This document shows, piece after piece, positions 1 through 9,437 of a stretch of DNA of 64,000 bases (positions within the stretch are counted from its first letter, which is position 1; every line of letters starts with the position of its first letter). Under the pieces are notes generated by a model. It made no database searches. It was not told where the DNA came from and worked only from the letters and a program-made list of their open reading frames with translations. The position numbers and the translations under genes are program-made. Source of the DNA: Candidatus Dojkabacteria bacterium (GTDB lineage Bacteria; Patescibacteriota; Dojkabacteria; SC72); assembly GCA_018056375.1 (NCBI GenBank), contig JAGPFQ010000002.1, positions 75,344 to 139,343 on the forward strand, written 5' to 3'.

Positions 1-1242
1 ATTTCATCCTCAGCTAAAGAAAAGAGTGTAAAAGCATCATCATTTAAATCAATAACAGAATTCTCAGGTGAGAAAAAGAAGATTTTACCAAAAGAGAGGA
101 TGAGTACAGGTTATGAAGAGTTTGATAGGGTGTTAGGTAAGGGTTTGGTGGAAGGTGAGGTTGTGCTTTTGAGTGGGGAACCAGGTGTTGGAAAGTCTAC
201 ACTTTTAATGCAGATAGTTTTGAATTTTACTAAGAAAGGAAAAGTTTTGTATGTTTGTGGCGAGGAGTCTCCAACCCAGTTAAATGAAAGATTAGAGAGG
301 GTTGCAGATGGTAAGTTGAAAGGTATTGAGAATTTTGTAGTAACGGAGGATGTTGTTGTAGAGAATGTCGTAGCATTAATTGAACAAGAGAATTTTAGTC
401 TTGTAGTAATAGATTCAATTCAGAGTATGCAGTCTTTGCAATCTAAAGGTTATCCAGGAAGTATATCTCAGGTGAGACTTTCTGGTGCATTATTAACCAG
501 GGTTGCTAAGACAACAGGTGTCCCAATCTTTATCGTAGGACAGATTAACAAGGGTGGTGATATTGCAGGACCTAAAGTCTTAGAACATATTGTTGATTGT
601 GTATTGTACATGGAAGGAGACCAGTATAATCAATATCGTATAGTAAGGAGTATGAAGAATAGGTTTGGATCTACCAATGAAATTGGGGTGTTTGAAATGA
701 GGGGGAATGGTTTAGTTGAGGTAGGTAATCCATCATTGCTTTTCTTAGAATCTACTCAAGAGGAATCGGGCAGTGCTATAGGTGCTGTTATACAAGGTTC
801 AAGAGTTGTCTTTGTTGAGGTACAAGCTCTAGTTGTTGAAAGAGAGAGTGAAGGTGGTCCTTTAAGAAGAGTTGCAAATGGTATAAAGAAACCGAGATTA
901 GATATGCTTTGTGCTGTTATGTCTAGAAAAGGAAAGGTATTTTTAGGTAACAAGGATGTGTTTGTGAATGTGGTAGGTGGTCTTACAATTTCTGACCCAG
1001 CAATAGATCTTGCTGTTTGTGCTGCTATTAAATCTTCTGTTTCAGATAGACCACTTTCTAAGTCAGTTATATATTTTGGTGAGGTTGGACTAACTGGAGA
1101 GGTTAGAGGTACGTGGGGTGTTGATTCAATTATTAAAGAAGCAGAGAGGTCTGGGTATACTGATTTGATTGTTGGTAGGATGAAGGTTGGTGTAACAAAG
1201 AAAGTTAATGTAAAGAAGATTTACAAGGTTAGTACTTTGTAG
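1..1242 (+). CDS. radA: DNA repair protein RadA/Sms, 5'-truncated at window edge (frame is open back to position 1)
   Basis: RecA-like ATPase with Walker A GEPGVGKST and the RadA ELDRVLG-type motif (EFDRVLGKG), followed by a C-terminal Lon-like domain. The frame continues upstream of the first ATG to nt 1. Confidence 0.85.
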   Translation: MSSSAKEKSVKASSFKSITEFSGEKKKILPKERMSTGYEEFDRVLGKGLVEGEVVLLSGEPGVGKSTLLMQIVLNFTKKGKVLYVCGEESPTQLNERLERVADGKLKGIENFVVTEDVVVENVVALIEQENFSLVVIDSIQSMQSLQSKGYPGSISQVRLSGALLTRVAKTTGVPIFIVGQINKGGDIAGPKVLEHIVDCVLYMEGDQYNQYRIVRSMKNRFGSTNEIGVFEMRGNGLVEVGNPSLLFLESTQEESGSAIGAVIQGSRVVFVEVQALVVERESEGGPLRRVANGIKKPRLDMLCAVMSRKGKVFLGNKDVFVNVVGGLTISDPAIDLAVCAAIKSSVSDRPLSKSVIYFGEVGLTGEVRGTWGVDSIIKEAERSGYTDLIVGRMKVGVTKKVNVKKIYKVSTL

Positions 1243-1441
1243 TAATTTCCATTCTTTAGAGTTACGAAGAAGTTTAGTATATTAATATTCTCTAGACTTC
1301 ACCCATATAAATATCCACAAATTATATAACACATGTCTAATACAGAGGTAAAACATAACTTCATGTGTAACAACCGGTTGAGAATGTCGTTGGAGAGGAA
1401 GTTTACAGAGGAACCCCAAAATGTGGATTGAATTTATAGGC

Positions 1442-1471
1442 TTGACAAGTGTGACTATAAGGGAGTATAAT
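1442..1471 (+). promoter_or_regulatory. Candidate sigma70-type promoter (TTGACA-18-TATAAT) in the radA-rho intergenic region, about 340 nt upstream of rho
   Basis: TTGACA at 1442-1447 and TATAAT at 1466-1471, read directly from the sequence. It could drive a long rho leader or a small RNA ending near a U-tract around 1580-1600. Confidence 0.35.
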
Positions 1472-1728
1472 TACTCGTAGTTCTTTATAAGGATGTGGAT
1501 ATCTTGAGTTTTTCCCTTTGTCTGGGGTGTCACAAGCACAGCTGGGCAATAGGAAAAGCTTAAGATTCTTTTGTCTTTTTCTTTTTTCAATTTACTATAG
1601 TAGATTCAAATAAGAAGAAGGGAAACATCCTGTATGTTCTTCGAAACTATTCCTAATATAAGGAGTAGAACCCGGGGTCGGTTGGGGCAGTACCGATCCC
1701 TTCTTTGTTTTTCATCTTGATTTTAGAA

Positions 1729-1757
1729 TTGACAATTAAATAGGTTTTCAATATACT
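1729..1757 (+). promoter_or_regulatory. Candidate promoter proximal to rho (TTGACA-17-TATACT)
   Basis: TTGACA at 1729-1734 and TATACT at 1752-1757, about 58 nt upstream of the rho ATG at 1816. Confidence 0.4.
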
Positions 1758-1815
1758 TTAATGATTAGATGTGGCAAGTTGCCCAATATCAATTTAAATT
1801 CCCACTTTAAGGAAA

Positions 1816-3081
1816 ATGGCTAAACAAAAGAAAACACTTAAAGACTATGAAGCCATGACATTGGCTGAAGTCAGAGCTGAAGCAAAAGCTCTTAAATTAG
1901 AAAATTTTATGGAACTCTCTAAAAGAGATTTGACCATTGCTATCCTCAAAGCACAATCTGAAAAGAATGGTTTTGTTGAGGTAAGTGGCATTTTAGAAGT
2001 CATGAAAGATGGTTCTCATGGAATATTAAGAACAGAAGGATTACTACCTGGTGATAATGATGTATATATCTCAGGTTCTCAAATTCAAAAATTTAGTCTA
2101 AGAACAGGTGATGAAGTAACAGGACCAGCTAGATTACCTAAAGACAAAGAGAAATACCTCAGTCTATTAAGAGTAGAAACTGTTTACTCTAAGCCTGCTG
2201 CAGAAGCTGCAAAGAGACCAAACTTTAGAAAACTTACACCAATCTTTCCAAACAAACAGATTAAACTTGAAACAGAACAAGATGTAATTTCTACTAGGGT
2301 GATTGACCTTCTTGCACCAATTGGTTTTGGTCAAAGGTCAATGATTGTATCTCCTCCTAAAGCAGGAAAGACATGGCTTTTGAAGGATATTGCAGATGGT
2401 ATTGCTAAGAATCATCCAGAAGCTAAATTAATGGTTGTTCTAGTAGGAGAGAGACCTGAAGAGGTTACAGATATGAAGAGATTTGTTAAAGGTGAAGTAT
2501 ATGCTTCTAACTTTGATGAATTACCACAACATAACTGTAATATCGCAGAGATGGCTCTCCAGAAAGCTATGAGAATGGTTGAGTGGGGTGAAGATGTCAT
2601 TATCTTAATGGATAGTATTACTAGATTAGCTAGGGCATACAATATTACAATGCCAACATCTGGTAAAACTCTCTCTGGTGGTTTTGATCCAGTAGCACTG
2701 TATCCACCTAAGAGATTCTTTGGTGCTGCTAGAAATTTTGAAGAGAGTGGTAGTCTTACTATCATAGCAACAGCACTAGTAGAGACAGGTAGTAGAATGG
2801 ACGATTTAGTATATGAAGAGTTTAAAGGTACTGGTAATATGGAACTTCACTTAGATAGAAGTCTTGCAAACAAGAGAGTATATCCAGCAATTGATGTTAT
2901 GAACTCAGGTACAAGAAATGAGGAGCTTCTCTTAGGAAAAGATGTTCTTAATCAATCATGGAGAATTAGAAGAATGTTTGAGGTTTTAGATACAAACGAA
3001 AATCCTACAGAGGTCTTAGTGGACAGACTAAGAAAAACAAAGGATAATGCGGAGTTTCTTGCAACATTGCATGAAGCCTAG
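1816..3081 (+). CDS. rho: Transcription termination factor Rho
   Basis: N-terminal Rho domain and cold-shock-like RNA-binding region, then a RecA-type ATPase (SPPKAGKT Walker A), 421 aa. Confidence 0.9.
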   Translation: MAKQKKTLKDYEAMTLAEVRAEAKALKLENFMELSKRDLTIAILKAQSEKNGFVEVSGILEVMKDGSHGILRTEGLLPGDNDVYISGSQIQKFSLRTGDEVTGPARLPKDKEKYLSLLRVETVYSKPAAEAAKRPNFRKLTPIFPNKQIKLETEQDVISTRVIDLLAPIGFGQRSMIVSPPKAGKTWLLKDIADGIAKNHPEAKLMVVLVGERPEEVTDMKRFVKGEVYASNFDELPQHNCNIAEMALQKAMRMVEWGEDVIILMDSITRLARAYNITMPTSGKTLSGGFDPVALYPPKRFFGAARNFEESGSLTIIATALVETGSRMDDLVYEEFKGTGNMELHLDRSLANKRVYPAIDVMNSGTRNEELLLGKDVLNQSWRIRRMFEVLDTNENPTEVLVDRLRKTKDNAEFLATLHEA

Positions 3082-3084
3082 TTA

Positions 3085-3093
3085 TGGTATAAT
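3085..3093 (+). promoter_or_regulatory. Extended -10 element TGGTATAAT upstream of the LysM/M23 gene
   Basis: TGnTATAAT motif 30 nt upstream of the ATG at 3123. The same 9-mer recurs upstream of several tRNA genes in this window. Confidence 0.4.
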
Positions 3094-3122
3094 TATATCC
3101 TAACTATTTAATTATAAATAGC

Positions 3123-4445
3123 ATGAAGGATACAGAAGATCTTCCAAACAACCAGAGTAGAACGATTAAGCCTTTGAGTTTTAGGAATATTAAAAAGGTA
3201 GAATCTTCTAATAATTATCTCTTTGTTGATGATGAGATAGAGGAGAATAGGTTTTTTAGGAATCTTAAGAATAAATACCGAGAATTTTACAATAAACAAC
3301 AATCCAAGAACAATATTATAGAATTTGTTTTGGCTTTAGTAGAATATGTTTTCTCTAGAATAAAAGTGCTTTTTGTCTTAATATCCGTTCTTTTTGATAT
3401 TATCTTTGAAGCTTTTAATGTTAGGAAGAATACATGGGCTACTAAGATGTTTTGGGGGAGAGGAAGTTTTCTTGCTTCTGCATTGAAGGTTCTTCTTGTT
3501 GGTATTTTCTTCATAGTGAGCATAACATATCTTTACAGAAAACCTGTTGTTCAGGCTTCTGCTGATGAACAATTGGATAGTATCGGTGTTGCACAGACAG
3601 ATACTTTAGTTATGAACTCTACTATCAATACTGTGATTCCTAAGGATAGACCTAGGAGATATACTGAAGAATATATTGTAAAAAGAGGAGATACTGTTGC
3701 TAGTATCGCTCAGATGTACAATCTTAGTGTTAAAACTATTCTTTGGGCAAATGAGATGAGGAATGCAAATATGTTAAAGCTAGGTCAAACATTGGTAATA
3801 CCTCCTAGTGATGGTGTGATTGTAACAGTTAGAAAGGGAGATACTGTTGAAAGTTTAGCTAAAAAATATTCTGCTCATCCTGGAGATATAGTAGACCATA
3901 ACTGGTTAGAAAGTCCTTTTACTTTAGCTGTTGGTACTGAGCTCTTCATACCGAGTGGTTCTGTTCCTACACCCCCTAAACCTGTTGTTGCATCGGCTCC
4001 AATATCTCTTAAGCAGAGTAGTATCGCTTACAAATCTGTTCCTGTAGATCCTAATGTTGGTAAATTCTTAGGTTGGCCAGTAGGTGGACCTAGTAAAATT
4101 TCAAGAGGCTTCTATCCTGGTCACTATGGAATAGATATCTATCCTACAAGTGGACAGCCAAGTGTTGTTGCATCAGCTCCTGGTACTGTTATTAGTGCTG
4201 GTTGGGGGAGTGGGCGATACGCAGGTTTTGGTTATTACGTTCATGTAGATCATGGTAATGGGTATACGACACTTTATGCTCATATGCAACAGTTATATGT
4301 TGGTACTGGTGCTACAGTCGGAAAAGGTCAAGCATTGGGGAAGATAGGACAAACAGGTTATGCTTTTGGTGTTCATGTTCACTTTGAATTAAGAAGAGGT
4401 GCGGAGTTAAGTGGTAGAATTAACCCAGCTCCATATATGCAGTAA
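3123..4445 (+). CDS. Membrane-anchored peptidoglycan hydrolase: two LysM domains plus an M23 (LytM-type) peptidase domain
   Basis: N-terminal TM segment; two LysM repeats (YIVKRGDTVASIAQMYN..., VTVRKGDTVESLAKKYS...); M23 signatures GHYGIDIY and HVHFELRR. Confidence 0.85.
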   Translation: MKDTEDLPNNQSRTIKPLSFRNIKKVESSNNYLFVDDEIEENRFFRNLKNKYREFYNKQQSKNNIIEFVLALVEYVFSRIKVLFVLISVLFDIIFEAFNVRKNTWATKMFWGRGSFLASALKVLLVGIFFIVSITYLYRKPVVQASADEQLDSIGVAQTDTLVMNSTINTVIPKDRPRRYTEEYIVKRGDTVASIAQMYNLSVKTILWANEMRNANMLKLGQTLVIPPSDGVIVTVRKGDTVESLAKKYSAHPGDIVDHNWLESPFTLAVGTELFIPSGSVPTPPKPVVASAPISLKQSSIAYKSVPVDPNVGKFLGWPVGGPSKISRGFYPGHYGIDIYPTSGQPSVVASAPGTVISAGWGSGRYAGFGYYVHVDHGNGYTTLYAHMQQLYVGTGATVGKGQALGKIGQTGYAFGVHVHFELRRGAELSGRINPAPYMQ

Positions 4446-4446
4446 T

Positions 4447-4518
4447 GGGCTTATAGCTTAGTTGGTAAAGCATCGCATTCGCATTGCGAAGACACCAGTT
4501 CGATTCTGGTTGAGTCCA
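4447..4518 (+). tRNA. tRNA-Ala (anticodon CGC)
   Basis: Hand-folded cloverleaf: acceptor GGGCTTA/TGAGTCC with the G3:U70 Ala identity pair, D-stem GCTT/AAGC, anticodon stem TCGCA/TGCGA, loop TTCGCAT, T-loop TTCGATT. No encoded CCA. Confidence 0.75.
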
Positions 4519-4532
4519 TTTTAAGTAGTACG

Positions 4533-4698
4533 AGTACGGTTACCTTCGCGGTTTGTTCTTTTCTAGTAAGGACTATAACGGTTTTTCAGTGATTTTTTAA
4601 TATGCTATAAGATGAGAACTTGTAGTATGTTAAATATGTTGTCATGATGCTATATAGTTCTTTTTGTAGTAATACTTTACCGCGAAGGTAACCGTAAC
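4533..4698. mobile_element. MITE-like palindromic repeat, copy 1 (TIR ACGGTTACCTTCGCGGT ... ACCGCGAAGGTAACCGT)
   Basis: 17-bp perfect terminal inverted repeats at 4536-4552 and 4679-4695. Internal segments (gtaaggactataacgg..., cttgtagtatgttaaatatg, tagttctttttgtagtaata) are shared with copies at 22844-23019 and 24002-24177. Lies between two tRNA-Ala genes. Confidence 0.7.
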
Positions 4699-4713
4699 TA
4701 TTTATTATGGTTA

Positions 4714-4722
4714 TGGTATAAT
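4714..4722 (+). promoter_or_regulatory. Extended -10 TGGTATAAT upstream of tRNA-Ala(GGC)
   Basis: TGGTATAAT 11 nt upstream of the tRNA 5' end. Confidence 0.4.
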
Positions 4723-4733
4723 AACAGAGTTCT

Positions 4734-4807
4734 GGGCCTGTAGCTCATTTGGCTAGAGCACTTCGCTGGCAGCGAAGGGGTGAGGGGTTCGAATCCCCTC
4801 AGGTCCA
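4734..4807 (+). tRNA. tRNA-Ala (anticodon GGC)
   Basis: Acceptor GGGCCTG/CAGGTCC with G3:U70, D-arm GCTC/GAGC, anticodon stem CTTCG/CGAAG, loop CTGGCAG, T-arm AGGGG-TTCGAAT-CCCCT. Confidence 0.8.
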
Positions 4808-4831
4808 CATCTAACTTTTCTTATCATCTCA

Positions 4832-6106
4832 ATGCAAAAAGAAAAGCTTCAAGACTATATATTCCCAAAAAACTTCTACTGGGGAGCAGCTACTGCTAGT
4901 CATCAAGTAGAGGGAAACAATCATAATGATTGGACAGAGTGGGAGAAATCAGAGAAAAGAGTTAAGGATTTAAAAAGCAGTGGTTTAGTTGGTAAACATG
5001 GACTTGATAACTTCATATCAGGTAGGAGTGCAGACCATTACAATAAATATAAGGAGGATTTTAAGTTAGCTAAAGAATTAGGTCATAATGCAACTAGGTT
5101 CTCCATTGAATGGTCTAGGATAGAACCAGAGGAGGGAAAGTTTAATCAAAAAGCAATAGACCATTACAAAGATGTGATAAAGACATTAAAGGAATTAGAT
5201 ATTGAACCATTTGTAACTCTTTGGCATTGGCCGATTCCAATATGGTTGAGAGATAAAGGGGGATTGAAGTCATCAGAGATGCCTAAGTACTTTGTTAGAT
5301 ATGCTAAGAAGGTTGTAGAAGCATTAGGGGATGATGTTAAATTCTGGATTGTTCTCAACGAACCAGAAGTAAATGCTGGTATGGGATATATGCTAGGAAT
5401 ATGGCCTCCACAGAAGAAAAATATCTTGCAGTACTTTAGAGTTACTTACAATCTAATGAAAGCTCACAAGCTGACATACAAGGAGGTAAAGAAGATTAAT
5501 CCTAAAGCTCAGGTTGGTATAGCAAAGCAAAATGTTTCTTTTTCTCTCAAAAGGGATACTCCTGTGAATAGGATAATTAGATGTTTGGCAAACTTCTACT
5601 GGAATCATGTATAGCTATGTTCTCTTAAGAAGTATCAGGATTTCATTGGACTAAATCACTATTTCCATTGTGTAGTAGATTATGGTTTGTATAAGAATGA
5701 TTTTAAGATAGTAAATGATTTAGGTTGGGAAATATGGCCAACTTCTCTGTATGAGTGTCTTAAAGATTTGGAGAAGTATAATAAACCGGTATATATTACA
5801 GAAAATGGTCTAGCTGATGCTAAAGATGAGAAGAGAACATGGTTCATATACGAAATGTTAAAAGGAGTTCATAAGGCAATAGAAGAAGGTATTGATGTAA
5901 AAGGATATTTGCATTGGTCTTTAATGGATAACTTTGAATGGGCAGAAGGATATTGGCCAAGATTTGGCTTAATTGAAATAGATTATGACACTCTTAAAAG
6001 AAAACCTAGAAAGTCGGCATATTTTTACAGGGATATTTGTATACATAATGGAATAGTAGCTTCAACAGTAGATAAGTACAAAAAAGAAATTGAGAAATTC
6101 TCCTAA
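4832..6106 (+). pseudogene. GH1 family beta-glucosidase/6-phospho-beta-glucosidase interrupted by a single in-frame TAG at 5612-5614
   Basis: ORFs 4832-5614 and 5687-6106 are in the same frame. The N-terminal part has the GH1 F-x-WGAATASHQVEG motif. Translation across the TAG continues ...DFIGLNHYF... and the ITENG catalytic nucleophile motif. Combined ~424 codons, a normal GH1 length. Confidence 0.7.
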
Positions 6107-6214
6107 ATGTATACAATAATAGGTAGGAGAGTGAATCTGTTTCACTCTTGAGTTTCATAAATCTTCAAATAGTGTCCTTCCAATGTTTTCTTTTTTAATG
6201 TAAAATACTTAGGT

Positions 6215-8629
6215 ATGGAAAACAGATACAACCCTAAAGATATTGAAAAGAAGTGGCAGGATAAATGGTTTGCAACTGATATGTATCATGCCAAAGATTT
6301 TGATTCTAAAGAAAAGTACTATCTTCTAGCAGAATTCCCATATCCATCAGGTGATAGTATGCATATGGGACATGCTAGGAACTTCACTAATATGGATTCT
6401 GTTGCTAGATTGAGAAGAATGTTGGGTCAGAATGTATTGTATCCAATAGGTTGGGATGCATTTGGATTACCAACAGAGAACTATGCAATTAAAATGAAAA
6501 GGCCTCCTCAAGAGATTACTAAGGAGAATATTGCTACTTTTATCAAACAGTTGAAAGCGATGGGCTTTTCTTTTGATTGGGATAGGGAGATTGATACAAC
6601 AGATCCAGAATATTACAGATGGACACAGTGGATTTTTCTTCAGTTGTACAAGAAAGGTTTAGCGTATAAGGCTGAGATGCCAATTAACTGGTGCCCTAAG
6701 TGTAAGGTTGGTTGTGCTAATGAGGAGGTTGTTGGAGGGAGGCATGAAAGATGTGATGAACCTGTGGAACAAAGAAATATGAATCAGTGGGTGCTTAGGA
6801 TTACGAAGTATGCAGATAGATTGATTGATGAGCTGGATAAAACGGAGTATTGGGAGAGTGTTAAATCAGCACAGAGGAATTGGATTGGGAGAAAGACTTG
6901 GTATGACATTGATTATAAGGTGGAAGGTACAGATATTACATTAAGAGTGTCAACAACAAGACCGGATACACAATTTGGTTCTACATTTGTTGTTGTTGCT
7001 CCAGATAGTGAAGTTGCAGAGAAACTTTTGAAGTATATTCCAGAAGAGAGAGTAACTGATGTAAAGAAATATATTGAAGAATCTTCTAAGAAAACGGAAG
7101 AGGAACGAATTATTGGAAAAGGAGAGAAAACAGGTGTAGAAACAGGACTTGTTTGTAAAAATAGCATAACAGGTAAAGACCTGCCAATCTATCTTGCAGA
7201 CTTTGTTCTATCAACAGTTGGGACTGGTGTGGTGGTTGGGGTACCCGCTCATGATAAAAGGGACTTTGAATTTGCAACTAAGTATGGACTTCCAGTTATT
7301 AGAGTAATTGAAGGTCCAGATGGAGATAGGTCAGAGATAGATTCAGTTGAGAAAGTATATGAAGATGAAGGTATTGTTTTCAACTCTGATTTCATAGACG
7401 GAATGAAGAGTGAAGATGCGAGGGAGAAGATGGGTGAATATATTAAGGAGAAAGGAATAGGGGATGTTGTTGTTAGATACAATCTAAGGGATTGGATTTT
7501 CTCAAGACAGCATTACTGGGGTGAACCAATTCCAATAGTACATTGTGATAAATGTGGTGAGGTTCCTGTTCCAGAAGATCAGCTTCCAATTAAATTGCCT
7601 GAAGTTGAGAGCTACGAACCAACAGATACAGGAGAGTCACCATTAGCAAGTATTACAGAATGGGTAAATACAAAATGTCCTAAATGTGGAGGGGATGCTA
7701 AGAGAGAAACTGATACAATGCCAAACTGGGCAGGTTCTAGTTGGTATTACCTTAGGTATATTGATCCACATAATGACAAAGAGTTTTCTGATATGGAAAA
7801 GATGAAGTATTGGATGCCGGTAGACCACTATGAAGGTGGTTCTGAGCATGTAACTCTTCATCTTTTGTATTCAAGGTTTTGGCACAAGGTACTTTTTGAC
7901 TTAGGTTTAGTTCCAGAAGTTGAGCCATACAAGGTTAGGACAATACATGGGGTAGTTTTAGGGAAAGATGGTTCTAAAATGTCAAAGTCTTTAGGAAATG
8001 TAATTACACCAGATGAACTACTAGAAGAGTATGGGGCTGATGTTACAAGGGCATACCTTATGTTTATGGGACCATACGAAGGAGATGTTAGTTGGAGTAC
8101 TGAAGCTATTAACGGGGTTAAAAGATTTGTTTCAAAGTTCTACACCTACCTTTTGGCATTGTGGGAGAAGAAAGATGATAAACTAGCAGAAAGCAAAGAT
8201 ATTGCTAAACTGGTAGAAAAAGTGTGTGAAGATATACTAAACTTCAAATTTAACACCTCGATATCTGCACTCATGCAATTCTACAATTCGAATGTTGATT
8301 CTACATTCTCAACTACCGATGTTGAAAGATTGATTCTAACAATTGCTCCAATTCTTCCACATATGGCAGAGGAGATTTGGGAAAAAACAGGACATGAGTT
8401 TAGTGTTCACACTCAAAAGTGGCCAGAGATAGATGAGAGTCTTTTAGAAGATGACATTATTGAAATCCCTGTACAGGTAAATGGTAAATTGAGAGGAAAG
8501 GTAGAGGTTTCTTCAGATGCTACACAAGAAGATGTTGAAAAAATTGTATTAGAAAGCCAAATCTTAGGTGATGTTGAAGTTAAGAAACTAATATATGTAC
8601 CGAAGAAAATAGTAAGTGTGGTTGTTTAG
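6215..8629 (+). CDS. leuS: Leucyl-tRNA synthetase
   Basis: HMGH (HIGH-class) motif, KMSKS motif (SKMSKSLGNV) and an editing domain insertion, 804 aa. Confidence 0.9.
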   Translation: MENRYNPKDIEKKWQDKWFATDMYHAKDFDSKEKYYLLAEFPYPSGDSMHMGHARNFTNMDSVARLRRMLGQNVLYPIGWDAFGLPTENYAIKMKRPPQEITKENIATFIKQLKAMGFSFDWDREIDTTDPEYYRWTQWIFLQLYKKGLAYKAEMPINWCPKCKVGCANEEVVGGRHERCDEPVEQRNMNQWVLRITKYADRLIDELDKTEYWESVKSAQRNWIGRKTWYDIDYKVEGTDITLRVSTTRPDTQFGSTFVVVAPDSEVAEKLLKYIPEERVTDVKKYIEESSKKTEEERIIGKGEKTGVETGLVCKNSITGKDLPIYLADFVLSTVGTGVVVGVPAHDKRDFEFATKYGLPVIRVIEGPDGDRSEIDSVEKVYEDEGIVFNSDFIDGMKSEDAREKMGEYIKEKGIGDVVVRYNLRDWIFSRQHYWGEPIPIVHCDKCGEVPVPEDQLPIKLPEVESYEPTDTGESPLASITEWVNTKCPKCGGDAKRETDTMPNWAGSSWYYLRYIDPHNDKEFSDMEKMKYWMPVDHYEGGSEHVTLHLLYSRFWHKVLFDLGLVPEVEPYKVRTIHGVVLGKDGSKMSKSLGNVITPDELLEEYGADVTRAYLMFMGPYEGDVSWSTEAINGVKRFVSKFYTYLLALWEKKDDKLAESKDIAKLVEKVCEDILNFKFNTSISALMQFYNSNVDSTFSTTDVERLILTIAPILPHMAEEIWEKTGHEFSVHTQKWPEIDESLLEDDIIEIPVQVNGKLRGKVEVSSDATQEDVEKIVLESQILGDVEVKKLIYVPKKIVSVVV

Positions 8630-8729
8630 AGTGAGGAGAATTTATGGTTCTTGAATATCAGGGTATTAATATGTATTCTTAATATATGGTTCTGTTATTC
8701 TATTTAATTTAATTTTCATACAAAGTGTA

Positions 8730-9380
8730 ATGAGTGCATTTAAAGAAATCTTTAAAGAAAATGGAAAGATAATACTCTTAGCTTTAGGGTTACTAGTGGC
8801 AGCTTCTATTGGCCTTTTATTTTTTAACAAAACTAATTTTTTACCAAATATGAACATGACAGCTGTGACACAACAAGAAGAGAATGGAGACACAGTAGTA
8901 CTTCCAGATTATAATGCAGTTCTTAAAACAAGTATGGGAGATATAGAGGTAAAACTTTTTAGCAAGGAAACTCCTGTAGCTGTTGAAAACTTTGTAAAAC
9001 TATCAAAACAAGGGTTTTACAATGGTCTTACTTTCCACAGAGTCATTAAAGATTTTGTAATACAAGGAGGAGATCCAAAAGGAAATGGTACTGGAGGTCC
9101 GGGTTATCAGTTTGATAATGAGATAACGGACAGGAAATTTGAAAAATACTCCTTAGCTATGGCAAATGCTGGTAGACCTGGTACTAACGGTTCACAGTTC
9201 TTCTTTACTGTTGGTAGTATTGATAGAGCAACACTCGAACATCTTGATGGTGACTACACAATATTTGGTATAGTGACTTCTGGTGAAGATGTTGTAGATA
9301 GGATTAGTAAGGTTGCTACAGATGCTAATGATAAGCCTGTGAATGCAGTGATAATAGAATCAATAACAATTGTAGAATAG
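8730..9380 (+). CDS. Peptidyl-prolyl cis-trans isomerase, cyclophilin type, with N-terminal membrane anchor
   Basis: Cyclophilin core FHRVIKDFVIQGGDP ... GTNGSQFFF and an N-terminal hydrophobic helix. Confidence 0.8.
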   Translation: MSAFKEIFKENGKIILLALGLLVAASIGLLFFNKTNFLPNMNMTAVTQQEENGDTVVLPDYNAVLKTSMGDIEVKLFSKETPVAVENFVKLSKQGFYNGLTFHRVIKDFVIQGGDPKGNGTGGPGYQFDNEITDRKFEKYSLAMANAGRPGTNGSQFFFTVGSIDRATLEHLDGDYTIFGIVTSGEDVVDRISKVATDANDKPVNAVIIESITIVE

Positions 9381-9437
9381 AAAATTAATAATTGAGTTAA
9401 TCTAAATTTAATACTTCTGCTGTAATATCTAGTTAGT

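Noticed and set aside
756-953. Short minus-strand ORFs nested antisense inside long conserved genes (e.g. 756-953, 2412-2765, 6913-7167, 16360-17866, 38662-39243, 45585-46085, 47030-47287)
   Set aside because: They lie entirely within and antisense to well-supported genes (radA, rho, leuS, uvrA, the vWA gene, rplA, nusG), have low-complexity Ser/Leu/Phe-rich translations typical of antisense frames in AT-rich DNA, and carry no motifs.
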